A DNA stretch of 64,000 nucleotides, taken from contig JAHWGJ010000005.1 of NCBI GenBank assembly GCA_020054475.1, positions 1,025 through 65,024 of the forward strand, in the 5' to 3' direction. The notes beneath the pieces are model-generated. The model was not told the DNA's origin. It was given only the letters and a program-made list of their open reading frames with translations, and did no database searches. Numbering within the stretch: position 1 is the first letter of the stretch; each line of letters opens with the position of its first letter. Made by a program: the position numbers and the translations under genes. This stretch comes from Thermoplasmata archaeon. Its GTDB lineage: Archaea > Thermoplasmatota > E2 > DHVEG-1. This document shows positions 20,701 through 28,698 of this stretch, one piece after another.

Positions 20701-20934
20701 TTCTTCAATAAAATGGACATCAAGGGGTAAAAAATACACTTTATCTGCTAAATAATCAGATGTTTGAATAGTTGCAATATTTGGATTAACTAATACTGTT
20801 TCAACTTTCTCCTCCTTCAATGCCTTAATAGCCTGACTGCCCGAATAGTCAAACTCTCCAGCTTGACCTATTTTTATCGCTCCTGAACCTAAGAGAAGAA
20901 CCTTCTTTACCCTAACTTTTTTACTATTTATCAT
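17734..20934 (-). CDS. carB: carbamoyl-phosphate synthase large subunit
   Basis: 1066 aa. Duplicated ATP-grasp halves. Typical KKVLLLGSGAIKIGQAGEFDYSG start. Confidence 0.97.
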   Translation of the reverse strand: MINSKKVRVKKVLLLGSGAIKIGQAGEFDYSGSQAIKALKEEKVETVLVNPNIATIQTSDYLADKVYFLPLDVHFIEEVISKEKPDGILLGFGGQTALNVGVELAEKGILTKYNTKILGTPIESVLNTEDRDLFVKKIREINLKVPVGRAVRSTDEAVKVAEKIGYPVMCRIAYALGGLGSGVADNEEQLIKITRKAFSFTKQILIEEYCDGWKELEYEVVRDSYNNCIVVCSMENIDPMGIHTGESIVVSPVQTLTASENFKLRSIAIKVIRHLGIVGECNIQFALDPNSEDYRIIEVNARLSRSSALASKATGYPLAFIATKLVLGHSLTELENMITKETSACFEPALDYIVLKYPRWDLQKFSKVNLKIDSEMKSVGEVMAIGRTYEESLQKAIRMLDMGMNGLVCNDFRFNNLEKELKKPTDKRMFAIAEAIERGYSIDQIYKLTKVNPWFLYKIKNIVEIKEKLRNHKLSNLSSDLLKEAKQKGFSDIQIALLTNDKPEEVRKKRKQLGIIPYVKQIDTLAAEYPTKTNYLYLTYNGCVDDIDFKEKNQVIVLGGGAYRIGSSVEFDWCCVNSVITLRNLKKRTIMINCNPETVSTDYDICDKLYFDEITFERVMDIYEKENPFGVIVSMGGQIPNNLALSLNNADVSVLGTSPLDIDKAEDRHKFSQLLDKLGIDQPEWNELTSSKDAEVFADKVGYPILVRPSYVLSGAAMSIALSKYELRKYLKKASEVNKEHPVVISKFITGAKEIEIDAVANKGDLICYAISEHIENAGVHSGDATLVLPPQRTYLETMRRIKIISKKIAKSLNITGPFNIQYIAKDNDVKVIECNLRTSRSFPFVSKVFKINFVDLATKIIMGKHVPPIDRSSFDLDYVGVKAPQFSFARLKGSDPILGVEMASTGEVACLGDDFNEAFLKSLISVGFSFPKKTILLSTGPIDSKIELLKSTRILEELGFKFYATKGTADFMKINGIKAGILYWPLENKEPNTLSFIEKGKIDLVINIPKNIEKEELDNDYLIRRKAIDFGVPLFTDLHLAKRFIEAIHKISLDGLKIKSWQEYN

Positions 20935-22004
20935 TTCATCGACCTGATAAACATATCAAATAAAAACTTAGTATCATCTGGTCCTGGAGACGCTTCTGGA
21001 TGAAATTGCGTTCCAAAAAATGGTTTAGAAATGTGTATAATCCCTTCATTTGTTTCATCATTACTATTATAAAACCATTCTCGCCAATCCTCGGGCAATG
21101 TAGTAGAATCAACAGCGTAACCATGATTCTGTGAAGTAATATAACACCTATTAGTACCAGCCTCAATGCAAGGCTGATTTTGACTTCTGTGCCCATATTT
21201 TAATTTATATGTATTTGCACCAGCAGCAAGAGCCAGAATCTGAGAACCAAGGCATATACCAAGAATTGGAATATTTTTTGAAAGAGCGATTCTTGCATAC
21301 TCAATTGTTTCAATACATTTTTTCGGATCCCCCGGTCCATTTGAAAATATTATTCCATCTACCTTTTCATTTAAAAAATTATAATTCCATGGAACACGTA
21401 TTACAGTGAAATTTCTACTAAGAAAAGCCCTGATAATATTATTTTTTACACCACAATCAACAATTAAAATCCTTTTTTTACCTTTTTTATAAACAATTGG
21501 TTTCTCTATACTTACTTCTCCCGCTAAGTTTCGTTTATTAGGATCTTTAAATGGAGTATTATCTTTATTATAAATGATTTTTCCCAAGAGAGTTCCCTTC
21601 TTTCTTAGTTTTTTAGTGAGTTCCCTTGTATCTAAATTGTTCATGCCTGGAATGTTATATTCTTTCATCCACTCTGACAAAGATTTTTTAGCGTTCCAAT
21701 GAAAATATGATTCAGAATAATTAGATACTATTAAACCCTGAACTTGTATCTTATCAGATTCAAAATTTTTTAACAATTTGTTATTTCGCTCATTATCTGG
21801 AATTCCATAATTACCAATTAGCGGATATGTTAAAACTAATATTTGTCCATGATATGAAGGATCAGTCATACTCTCCGGATAACCTACCATACCTGTATTG
21901 AATACAACTTCTCCTGTAACCTCTTTTTTAGAACCGAAATTATACCCATAAAAGATTGAACCATCTTCAAGGACTAGTTTCACTGGTTGTTTCTTAGAAT
22001 CCAT
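20931..22004 (-). CDS. carA: carbamoyl-phosphate synthase small (glutaminase) subunit
   Basis: LVLEDGS..G N-terminus and GICLGSQ / HGYAV / FHPE triad motifs. Start moved to the internal ATG (22004) downstream of GGAGG. ATGA overlap with carB. Confidence 0.93.
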   Translation of the reverse strand: MDSKKQPVKLVLEDGSIFYGYNFGSKKEVTGEVVFNTGMVGYPESMTDPSYHGQILVLTYPLIGNYGIPDNERNNKLLKNFESDKIQVQGLIVSNYSESYFHWNAKKSLSEWMKEYNIPGMNNLDTRELTKKLRKKGTLLGKIIYNKDNTPFKDPNKRNLAGEVSIEKPIVYKKGKKRILIVDCGVKNNIIRAFLSRNFTVIRVPWNYNFLNEKVDGIIFSNGPGDPKKCIETIEYARIALSKNIPILGICLGSQILALAAGANTYKLKYGHRSQNQPCIEAGTNRCYITSQNHGYAVDSTTLPEDWREWFYNSNDETNEGIIHISKPFFGTQFHPEASPGPDDTKFLFDMFIRSMK

Positions 22005-22223
22005 ATAATTAAATTCCCTCCTTTTATTTAAATAAGGAATCATTTTTAAAAAAAAATGAATAGTGATATTACTTAATATAACTTTTTTAATAATCTGATT
22101 TTATTCATCTTAATTTTTTTTGAAATAAATTTTGTCTTTCATTAGGCTTCAAAATATGATGTTTGTCAACATCATAATCAGCAAGTAATAATTAAATAAA
22201 TTTTATTCGCTTTTCTTCAAATT

Positions 22224-22254
22224 ATTCGATAAATTTCCAAGAATGTATTTATAA
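22224..22254 (+). promoter_or_regulatory. conserved promoter-proximal motif ATTCGATAAATTTCCAAGAATGTATTTATAA (copy 1)
   Basis: Near-identical to 23749..23780. Ends in a TTTATA TATA-like box ~30 nt before ATG 22285. Confidence 0.6.
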
Positions 22255-22284
22255 TAATAATGCCTAAAATAGGCTAGTGGTACA

Positions 22285-22488
22285 ATGAACGGAAAAATCA
22301 TTACAATATTAGTGAGTTTGCTAGTTTTATTAGTTGTATTTACTGGAAACTCAATTGCAGGTGGCGACAACAACTGTAATACAAATGGTGAAGATGGAAA
22401 CTATGATGAGAATAATAATACTTCTTCAGAAAATGATCCATTTCCTGGAGAAGATGATCAGCATAGAAGCGGAGTAGTCTGGGATTAA
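22285..22488 (+). CDS. small secreted acidic protein
   Basis: Signal-peptide-like N-terminus followed by a D/E/N-rich tail. 67 aa. Confidence 0.4.
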   Translation: MNGKIITILVSLLVLLVVFTGNSIAGGDNNCNTNGEDGNYDENNNTSSENDPFPGEDDQHRSGVVWD

Positions 22489-22506
22489 ATAATTGGAGAG
22501 TTATAT

Positions 22507-23148
22507 ATGAAAAATAAGTTAATAATGGCTACATCAATTTTTATAATAATTATTCTTGGTTTATCAAGTATCAACGTTGTTACTGGATATAAGGGTGGAA
22601 AAAATCAAACAAATTCTCTGAGTGTTGAAGAAATTGAAGGGATTTTGTTTATAAGGGAAGAAGAAAAAATGGCTAGGGATGTATATCTGACCTTCTCTTT
22701 AATATATGATGAAGTATCAATTTTTGAGAATATTGCTGCTAGTGAGCAGAGACATATGGATGCTATTAAAAATCTGATTGATAAATACAATCTTGTTGAT
22801 CCAGTTGGTGATAACCCTATAGGCATATTTGAAAATAGTGTCATACAAGATTTATATAATATACTGATTTCTCGTGGAGAAATATCATTAATAAATGCTT
22901 TATCTGTAGGTAGATATATTGAAGAATATGATATATTTGATATTAGACAGCATCTCGAAGAAACTGATAAAGCTGATTTGATCCGTGTTTATCAGAATCT
23001 GCTTGAGGACTCATACAATCATCTTAGATCATTTGTTTCTGTTTTAGAACAACAAGGTGGAACCTATAATCAAGATCCAATACTTTCACCTGATGATCTT
23101 AATGAGATATTAAATGGGGAAAAAATTAATAGGAAAGGTAGAAATTGA
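22507..23148 (+). CDS. DUF2202 (ferritin-like superfamily) secreted protein
   Basis: EEEKMARDVYL...IFENIAASEQRHMDAIKNLIDKY pattern recalled from DUF2202, plus a second E..H-type helix pair. Signal/anchor at the N-terminus. Confidence 0.7.
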   Translation: MKNKLIMATSIFIIIILGLSSINVVTGYKGGKNQTNSLSVEEIEGILFIREEEKMARDVYLTFSLIYDEVSIFENIAASEQRHMDAIKNLIDKYNLVDPVGDNPIGIFENSVIQDLYNILISRGEISLINALSVGRYIEEYDIFDIRQHLEETDKADLIRVYQNLLEDSYNHLRSFVSVLEQQGGTYNQDPILSPDDLNEILNGEKINRKGRN

Positions 23149-23168
23149 ATAATAAATGGAGGTGTAAT

Positions 23169-23687
23169 ATGAAAAAAATAATGTTATTAATAGCAGTATC
23201 AGCAATTTTATTATTAGGAGTTGTTGAAGTAAATGCAAAAGGATTTCAAGATAATGGTGAGAAAAACATTGATTATAAGCCATTACCTAATGGTGATGGG
23301 TTGATGCAAAGATTACGAAATCGAATATGTGATACTCTTGGAATCTGCCAAGGGGGTGTTGATCTAACCACCATTACAGGATTGCTTACTTATGATGGTA
23401 CAAATTTCTATATAGATGATGTTGAACTACATTTTGGACCAACTTGGTTTATTGTATCTGCTGAATCAAGTGTTGATTATGATAATGATGGGGAATTAGA
23501 ACTTGTATATGATGAAATACAGGGACTTGTTGGAACAGAAATAACTGTTGAAGGACATTTGCAATCAAGTGGTTGGATGAGTGTATTCACTATAAATGGA
23601 GAAATCTATAGGGAACCTGGGCAACCTATTTGGGCGTCTCAACATCAATGGCGTTGGCGAAATAAAAATGGCCCAAATAAGCCATAA
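23169..23687 (+). CDS. secreted hypothetical protein
   Basis: Start set to ATG 23169, 5-6 nt after GGAGGTG. Signal peptide MKKIMLLIAVSAILLLGVVEVNA. Trp/Arg-rich C-terminus. Confidence 0.5.
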   Translation: MKKIMLLIAVSAILLLGVVEVNAKGFQDNGEKNIDYKPLPNGDGLMQRLRNRICDTLGICQGGVDLTTITGLLTYDGTNFYIDDVELHFGPTWFIVSAESSVDYDNDGELELVYDEIQGLVGTEITVEGHLQSSGWMSVFTINGEIYREPGQPIWASQHQWRWRNKNGPNKP

Positions 23688-23697
23688 GTTATTTATT

Positions 23698-23720
23698 AGG
23701 AGGTTTTAATCCTCCTTTTA
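23698..23720 (+). terminator. stem-loop AGGAGG-TTTTAAT-CCTCCT followed by TTTTA
   Basis: Read directly from the sequence, 11 nt after the stop at 23687. Confidence 0.4.
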
Positions 23721-23748
23721 TAATTTTATTGGAGGGATTTTGATAAAT

Positions 23749-23780
23749 ATTCGAAAAATTTCCAAGAATGCTTTTATAGG
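23749..23780 (+). promoter_or_regulatory. conserved promoter-proximal motif ATTCGAAAAATTTCCAAGAATGCTTTTATAGG (copy 2)
   Basis: Matches 22224..22254 at almost every position. TTTTATA box ~35 nt before ATG 23814. Confidence 0.6.
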
Positions 23781-23813
23781 TTTGAAAATAAAGTTAGATT
23801 TGAGTGTATTAAT

Positions 23814-25091
23814 ATGAATAGAAGAAAGATTAGTTCAATAATGGTTTTTTTTATTGTTTCATTATTTTTTATTTCAATATCATTATTGCCAGCTATAGCT
23901 GATCCAGGGGATGGCAAAGGAGATGGTAACGGTGATAAGGATCCTCCAACTCCACCAAAAGGTCCAGATGATGATAAAGGAGGAGATGATGATGGCAGTG
24001 GAGAGCAGAATCAAGAAGGGAATAATAGTGAAGATAATGATCATAATAATGAACAGAATCAAAATGGGGGGAATAATGGAGAGCAAAATCAGGAACGTAA
24101 TCAAAGCCGTGAAGGTGATGATGATAATGATGATATAGATGATGATCAAGAGAGATATCAACAAAGAAAGATGAAAATCGAATTGGAGCGAAATCGTACT
24201 AGAATTAGATCCGAGTGGGGGCAAGATGATTATGAGGATGAGCTTGAAATATTATTTGAAATTGACCATGGACCTAGATTAAGACTTGATTATGAAAATA
24301 ATTTGCATTCATCTGAAAATGAACTAAGTTTTGATGTGAAAATTAGAGAACTAATCGAATATAGAGACACAAATAGGAATGGTAGATATGATGAAGATGA
24401 TATAATTATAGATACTTATTCTTTTGAGAAATCAAATTTTAAAAATTTTACTTATCAAAACCAATTATCAGATGATGGGGAGAATATCAATTTTGTGTCA
24501 ACTCAAACTGAAGACGAAGTTTTTAAAATGAATCTATATTTTTCTGGTAATTTTTCTCAGATAAATAATCAAATACTTTCACCTTCTGAAGTTAAGATTG
24601 ATTTTATTATTAACAATTATCCTTATGAAGAAGAAGATACGCAGTTAGCTTTGAGAACAATGTTGAATACAAAACATGAAACTGAGTTAGAAACTGAATC
24701 TTTTGATGAAGTGCAAGGTTTTTCAGAGGACGAAAGTGTATTAGATATTAATTCATTAAATAATGGTGGATTTTTCTCTTGGGCTGAAAATGTTATAGTA
24801 GATGGAATTGTAAAACCAATTAATTCAACAATCAACTCTCAAATAGAAGAAACAATTAGAGAAAATGAAAAAATTTCTAATAAAATCATCAACATATATT
24901 TTTCATATCCTAGAGGGACCAATATTGTTCATGATCCAAAACTTGGTATTGTCAGTATCTCATTTGAAACATTTGCACTTCAATCAATTAGTAATTTAAT
25001 AAATATTGATAACATTGTATCTTATGTGGGAATCTGCATATTAGCATCTATTATGTTTTTAGGTGTTATTTTTATTAGAAAAAGGATTTAA
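23814..25091 (+). CDS. secreted protein with long acidic low-complexity region and C-terminal TM anchor
   Basis: Signal peptide, a ~100-aa D/E/N/Q/G-rich tract, a globular part, and a C-terminal hydrophobic helix plus RKRI. Confidence 0.55.
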   Translation: MNRRKISSIMVFFIVSLFFISISLLPAIADPGDGKGDGNGDKDPPTPPKGPDDDKGGDDDGSGEQNQEGNNSEDNDHNNEQNQNGGNNGEQNQERNQSREGDDDNDDIDDDQERYQQRKMKIELERNRTRIRSEWGQDDYEDELEILFEIDHGPRLRLDYENNLHSSENELSFDVKIRELIEYRDTNRNGRYDEDDIIIDTYSFEKSNFKNFTYQNQLSDDGENINFVSTQTEDEVFKMNLYFSGNFSQINNQILSPSEVKIDFIINNYPYEEEDTQLALRTMLNTKHETELETESFDEVQGFSEDESVLDINSLNNGGFFSWAENVIVDGIVKPINSTINSQIEETIRENEKISNKIINIYFSYPRGTNIVHDPKLGIVSISFETFALQSISNLINIDNIVSYVGICILASIMFLGVIFIRKRI

Positions 25092-25134
25092 ACTATTATA
25101 TTTTTATCATATTATTTATATTATGATTTATTAG

Positions 25135-25422
25135 ATGGTGGTTGAAATGGATATTGGAACGATGTATAGTATCATTATATACGCTTTTATTACAATTTTT
25201 TCTATTGGTTTATTTAGTGTTTCTATTCTAAGTTATAATAAATCAAAAAATAAAAAATTACTTTTTGTTTCAACTGTTTTTCTTTTATTCTTTATCAAAG
25301 GTATTATTCTTAGCCTGAGTTTATTTTTACCAGATTTAAATTTAACTGTTACCATCCCCGTATTAGCAGTTTTTGATTTGCTGGTTTTATTCTTACTTTT
25401 TATTGCTACATTAAAGAAATAG
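25135..25422 (+). CDS. small 3-TM membrane protein
   Basis: Three hydrophobic helices. 95 aa. 10 nt upstream of the regulator gene. Confidence 0.4.
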   Translation: MVVEMDIGTMYSIIIYAFITIFSIGLFSVSILSYNKSKNKKLLFVSTVFLLFFIKGIILSLSLFLPDLNLTVTIPVLAVFDLLVLFLLFIATLKK

Positions 25423-25432
25423 TGGTAACCTT

Positions 25433-25948
25433 ATGCAAGATGTTCTTGAACTTGAAACTCGGAGAAAAATCTATGATTTAATCCATCAAAATCCTGGTAT
25501 TCATTTAAGTAAAATTTCACAGATATTAAAAATGAGAACCTCTCTTGTTGAATATCATCTTCTTTTTCTTGAAAAACATGAAATTATATCGCCTGACAAA
25601 GAAACTGGATATAAAAGATATTATTTAAAAGGTCAAATTGGTGTAAAAGATAAAAGATATTTATTCATCCTCAGACAAAAAACTGTATTGGAAATCATTT
25701 TATTTTTATTGAAAAATGACGTTTCACTTCACAAAGTAATTTTAGAAAATGTTAATGTATCACCATCTACCCTTTCTTATCACCTTAATAAACTTATAAA
25801 AAATGATATAATTGAATTAAATAGATATGGTGAAAACAAAGGCTATAGAGTAAAAAATAGGGATGAAATTGTTTCGATATTGATACAATATAAACCATTC
25901 AGAATTTTAGATGGTTTTGAGGATATATGGAATGATTTAACAATTTAA
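25433..25948 (+). CDS. double winged-helix (ArsR-like) transcriptional regulator
   Basis: Two wHTH units (IYDLIHQNPGIHLSKISQILKMRTSLVEYHLLFLEKHEII and a second one with STLSYHLNKLIKNDII). Confidence 0.6.
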   Translation: MQDVLELETRRKIYDLIHQNPGIHLSKISQILKMRTSLVEYHLLFLEKHEIISPDKETGYKRYYLKGQIGVKDKRYLFILRQKTVLEIILFLLKNDVSLHKVILENVNVSPSTLSYHLNKLIKNDIIELNRYGENKGYRVKNRDEIVSILIQYKPFRILDGFEDIWNDLTI

Positions 25949-26050
25949 TTTTTTTTGTCTCTCAAGAGGCATCATAACAAAGTTTTTTGTATTGAATAGA
26001 TTTTAATATAAGGAAAAAAGAAGTGTTGTAGTGAGATAGAAATGAACTTC

Positions 26051-26150
26051 CAAATCGTCAAAATTCAATAAGGGAATTTTTTGTATTTTCTTGAATTTTT
26101 TTTCTCCGAGAATCCTGTATTAATACCCTCAACCCCGTAATTATTATCAT
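26051..26150 (+). repeat. ~100-nt repeat, copy A
   Basis: Aligns with 26901..27000 in direct orientation, roughly three-quarters identical by eye: TCGTCAAAATTCAA...TTCTTGAATTTTTTTTCTCCGAGAATCCTGTATTAATACCCTCAA...TTATCAT. Confidence 0.6.
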
Positions 26151-26219
26151 GAGAAATCTTGCACAACATTTTACAATTTATTTTTTGTTTGTTGTGTTAG
26201 ACTGTTGATAAATAAATCA

Positions 26220-26573
26220 TTATAATATTTTATTTATTTTCTCTTTTACATTTTTAATTGTAAAAGGTTTTTCAATATAATCATCTGCATAAAAATTTCC
26301 TGCTTTTTTAGCGATTTTATCAGTTCTTGCGGATATTATTATTACAGGAATATTTTTCAATCTTTCACTTTCTTTTAATCTTTTTATAACTTGCCATCCA
26401 TTCATTTCTGGCATCATTATATCTAATAAAATTATGTCAGGGATATTTGATTCTAAGGTTTGAAAAAAATGTTTTCCACTGTTTACTCCAATTATTTCAA
26501 AATCATTTTTAAGTCCTTCCTTTATCGAGTAAATAACATCAGGTTCATCATCTACAATAATAATTTTTTTCAT
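26220..26573 (-). CDS. stand-alone response-regulator receiver (CheY-like) protein
   Basis: MKKIIIVDDEPD...DIILLDIMMPEMNG...PVIIISA...K motif set. Start moved to the internal ATG 26573. Confidence 0.85.
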   Translation of the reverse strand: MKKIIIVDDEPDVIYSIKEGLKNDFEIIGVNSGKHFFQTLESNIPDIILLDIMMPEMNGWQVIKRLKESERLKNIPVIIISARTDKIAKKAGNFYADDYIEKPFTIKNVKEKINKIL

Positions 26574-26900
26574 TTCCCATCTAACCAATTTATACATAAT
26601 CATAATATTTAAATATATACCCATTGTTAAAAAAAAATATATTATTTAATATGATTTTGAAGATATTTTTTTATTTTATGTTTTAAATGTTAAAAAAAAT
26701 GATATCTTCAATCAGATAATTATTTTCAAATTTAATAATTTTAATTTCTAATAAGAATAATTTGTTATAATATCATTAAGTTTTAATCTATTTCCGTAAT
26801 AAATCATTAAGAATCTTATCTCTGTTCTTTATCTTTTTTAATCTTGCATATACATCTCTATCAAAAAAATTAAGGTTTTAGTAAGATAGGTATAAGTTAC

Positions 26901-27000
26901 CATTTTGTCAAAAATTCAAGAGAATAATATTTTACTTTTTCTTGAATTTTTTTCTCAGGGAATCCTTTATAAATTCCCTCAAACCAGCAAATTTTATCAT
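26901..27000 (+). repeat. ~100-nt repeat, copy B
   Basis: See copy A. Contains a TTCAAGA/TCTTGAA hairpin (26915-26946) and GGGAAT-n11-ATTCCC. Confidence 0.6.
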
Positions 27001-27102
27001 TTTGATAATAAATAAAATAGAAGATTACATGAAAAAGTAATTAATTTTTTTTTTAGATAAACTTATATTCTCGTTTTCAATAACGAAAAACAAGCTTGGA
27101 GG

Positions 27103-27501
27103 TTGCTAGTGAGGAGTAACATAGAAAAATTTGGTACTAGTGCGGGAGAGATTTGGAATGTACTATATAACAAGGGATCTCTAAATAAGAAAAAAATCAT
27201 TGAGACTACTAAACTTAATAATAAAAATTTCTATATAGGCCTAGGCTGGCTCGCTAGGGAGAATAAAATCTTCAAAGAGAAAAAAAGCTATTATAGATTA
27301 GATAATACAAACCTTACCGGCGAAATTGGAAAAGTTGCTGGAAGAATCTGGAAAATAATTGATATCTGGGATGAGGTTGACATTACTTCAATAAAAAAAT
27401 TATCAGGAGTTGATGATAATCAGATATTTTCAGGTTTAGGGTGGCTTGCTAGGGAAGATAAAATAGAATTAGATGAAAAACAAAAATTTAGATTAAAATA
27501 A
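27103..27501 (+). CDS. tandem DUF2582-like winged-helix protein
   Basis: Two repeats, each ending in GLGWLARE(N/D)KI. TTG start at 27103 (a GTG at 27109 is possible) after GGAGG. DUF2582 assignment from memory. Confidence 0.55.
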   Translation: MLVRSNIEKFGTSAGEIWNVLYNKGSLNKKKIIETTKLNNKNFYIGLGWLARENKIFKEKKSYYRLDNTNLTGEIGKVAGRIWKIIDIWDEVDITSIKKLSGVDDNQIFSGLGWLAREDKIELDEKQKFRLK

Positions 27502-27584
27502 TAAAAAAAAATTATATTTAAATAAGAAAAAATTCAAAAATCAACATGAATGTTAAATAAATCAATAAATATGAGGCTGAGATT

Positions 27585-28697
27585 ATGAAAATAGCAATGA
27601 TTGGATGGGAATATCCGCCATTTAAAGCTGGCGGACTGGCAACTCACTGTTATGGTCTTACTCGAAGTCTAGCTGATAAAAATATAAATATTGATTTTTA
27701 TATGCCAAAAACAAAACAAAAAGTATCAAGTGACAAAAAAAATTTAATAATAAAAGAAATAGGGGAAACCGAAGTTTTTCCATATGATAGACCTGAAGAT
27801 AAAGAATTAGAAGGACATTTTTTTGAAAGTGTTTATCGCTATAATGATCTTATAGTAGAAAAAGTTGAAGGAAATTATGATTTAATACACTGCCATGATT
27901 GGCTAACAATGAAAGCAGGTATAAGATTAAAAGATAAATTGGGAATTCCCTTGATATTAAGTGTGCATTCAACAGAGTATGATAGATCAGGATGGATTTA
28001 TCCAAATCAATGGTTCATTGATATTGAGAAGGAGGGAATGGAAAAAGCTGATAAAATTATTGCAGTAAGTCATTTCACAAAAAGAGTAATAGTTGAAAAA
28101 TATGGAATAAATCCGAATAAAATATCCGTCGTTCATAATGCAGTCTATCCCCTTGGAAAAGATAAGAAAAAAAATATTGTATTATTTTTAGGAAGATTGA
28201 CAATACAAAAAGGACCAGAATTTTTTTTAAGAGCTGCAAGAAAAGTATTAGATTATTTAGAAGATACTCAATTTGTAGTTGCCGGTACAGGTGAAATGTT
28301 ACCTGCTTTAATAGATAAAGCTGTTGATCTAGGTATATCAAATAAAGTAATATTTACTGGTTTATTAACAGAAGATGAGGTTAAACATATTTATAGAATT
28401 TCAAGTGTTTATATAATGCCTTCAGTAAGTGAACCTTTTGGAATTACGGCATTAGAAGCAATTTCAGCAGGGACTCCTACAATAGTTTCAAAAACAGCAG
28501 GAGTTGCAGAAGCATTTAATAATTGTTTAAAAGTAGATTTTTGGGATATAGATGAAATGGCAAATAAAATAATATCACTGATAAAATATGACCCATTGCA
28601 TAAAACCATAACCAAAGAAGGAATGCAAGAAATAAATCTATTTACATGGAAAAGAGTAGCAGAAAAAACAATCGACGTCTATAGAGGAGTCTCTTGA
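27585..28697 (+). CDS. glgA: glycogen(starch) synthase-like GT-B glycosyltransferase
   Basis: N-terminal MKIAMIGWEYPPFKAGGLATH (K-x-GGL). C-terminal EPFGITALEAISAGTP. Context with GH57, debranching enzyme and phosphorylase. Confidence 0.75.
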   Translation: MKIAMIGWEYPPFKAGGLATHCYGLTRSLADKNINIDFYMPKTKQKVSSDKKNLIIKEIGETEVFPYDRPEDKELEGHFFESVYRYNDLIVEKVEGNYDLIHCHDWLTMKAGIRLKDKLGIPLILSVHSTEYDRSGWIYPNQWFIDIEKEGMEKADKIIAVSHFTKRVIVEKYGINPNKISVVHNAVYPLGKDKKKNIVLFLGRLTIQKGPEFFLRAARKVLDYLEDTQFVVAGTGEMLPALIDKAVDLGISNKVIFTGLLTEDEVKHIYRISSVYIMPSVSEPFGITALEAISAGTPTIVSKTAGVAEAFNNCLKVDFWDIDEMANKIISLIKYDPLHKTITKEGMQEINLFTWKRVAEKTIDVYRGVS

Positions 28698-28698
28698 T

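Noticed and set aside
23883-24224. ORFs 23883-24224 (-) and 23911-24138 (+) overlapping the acidic tract of the 425-aa protein.
   Set aside because: These are alternative-frame readings of a GAT/GAA/AAT-rich low-complexity region. The main frame has a signal peptide, a start context and continuity with the rest of the protein.
17592-27000. Whether the three copies of the ~100-nt repeat (the first next to tRNA-Lys) delimit a genomic island integrated at the tRNA.
   Set aside because: The intervening DNA contains the core carAB operon. There is no integrase, the repeat does not overlap the tRNA 3' end, and composition is uniform.
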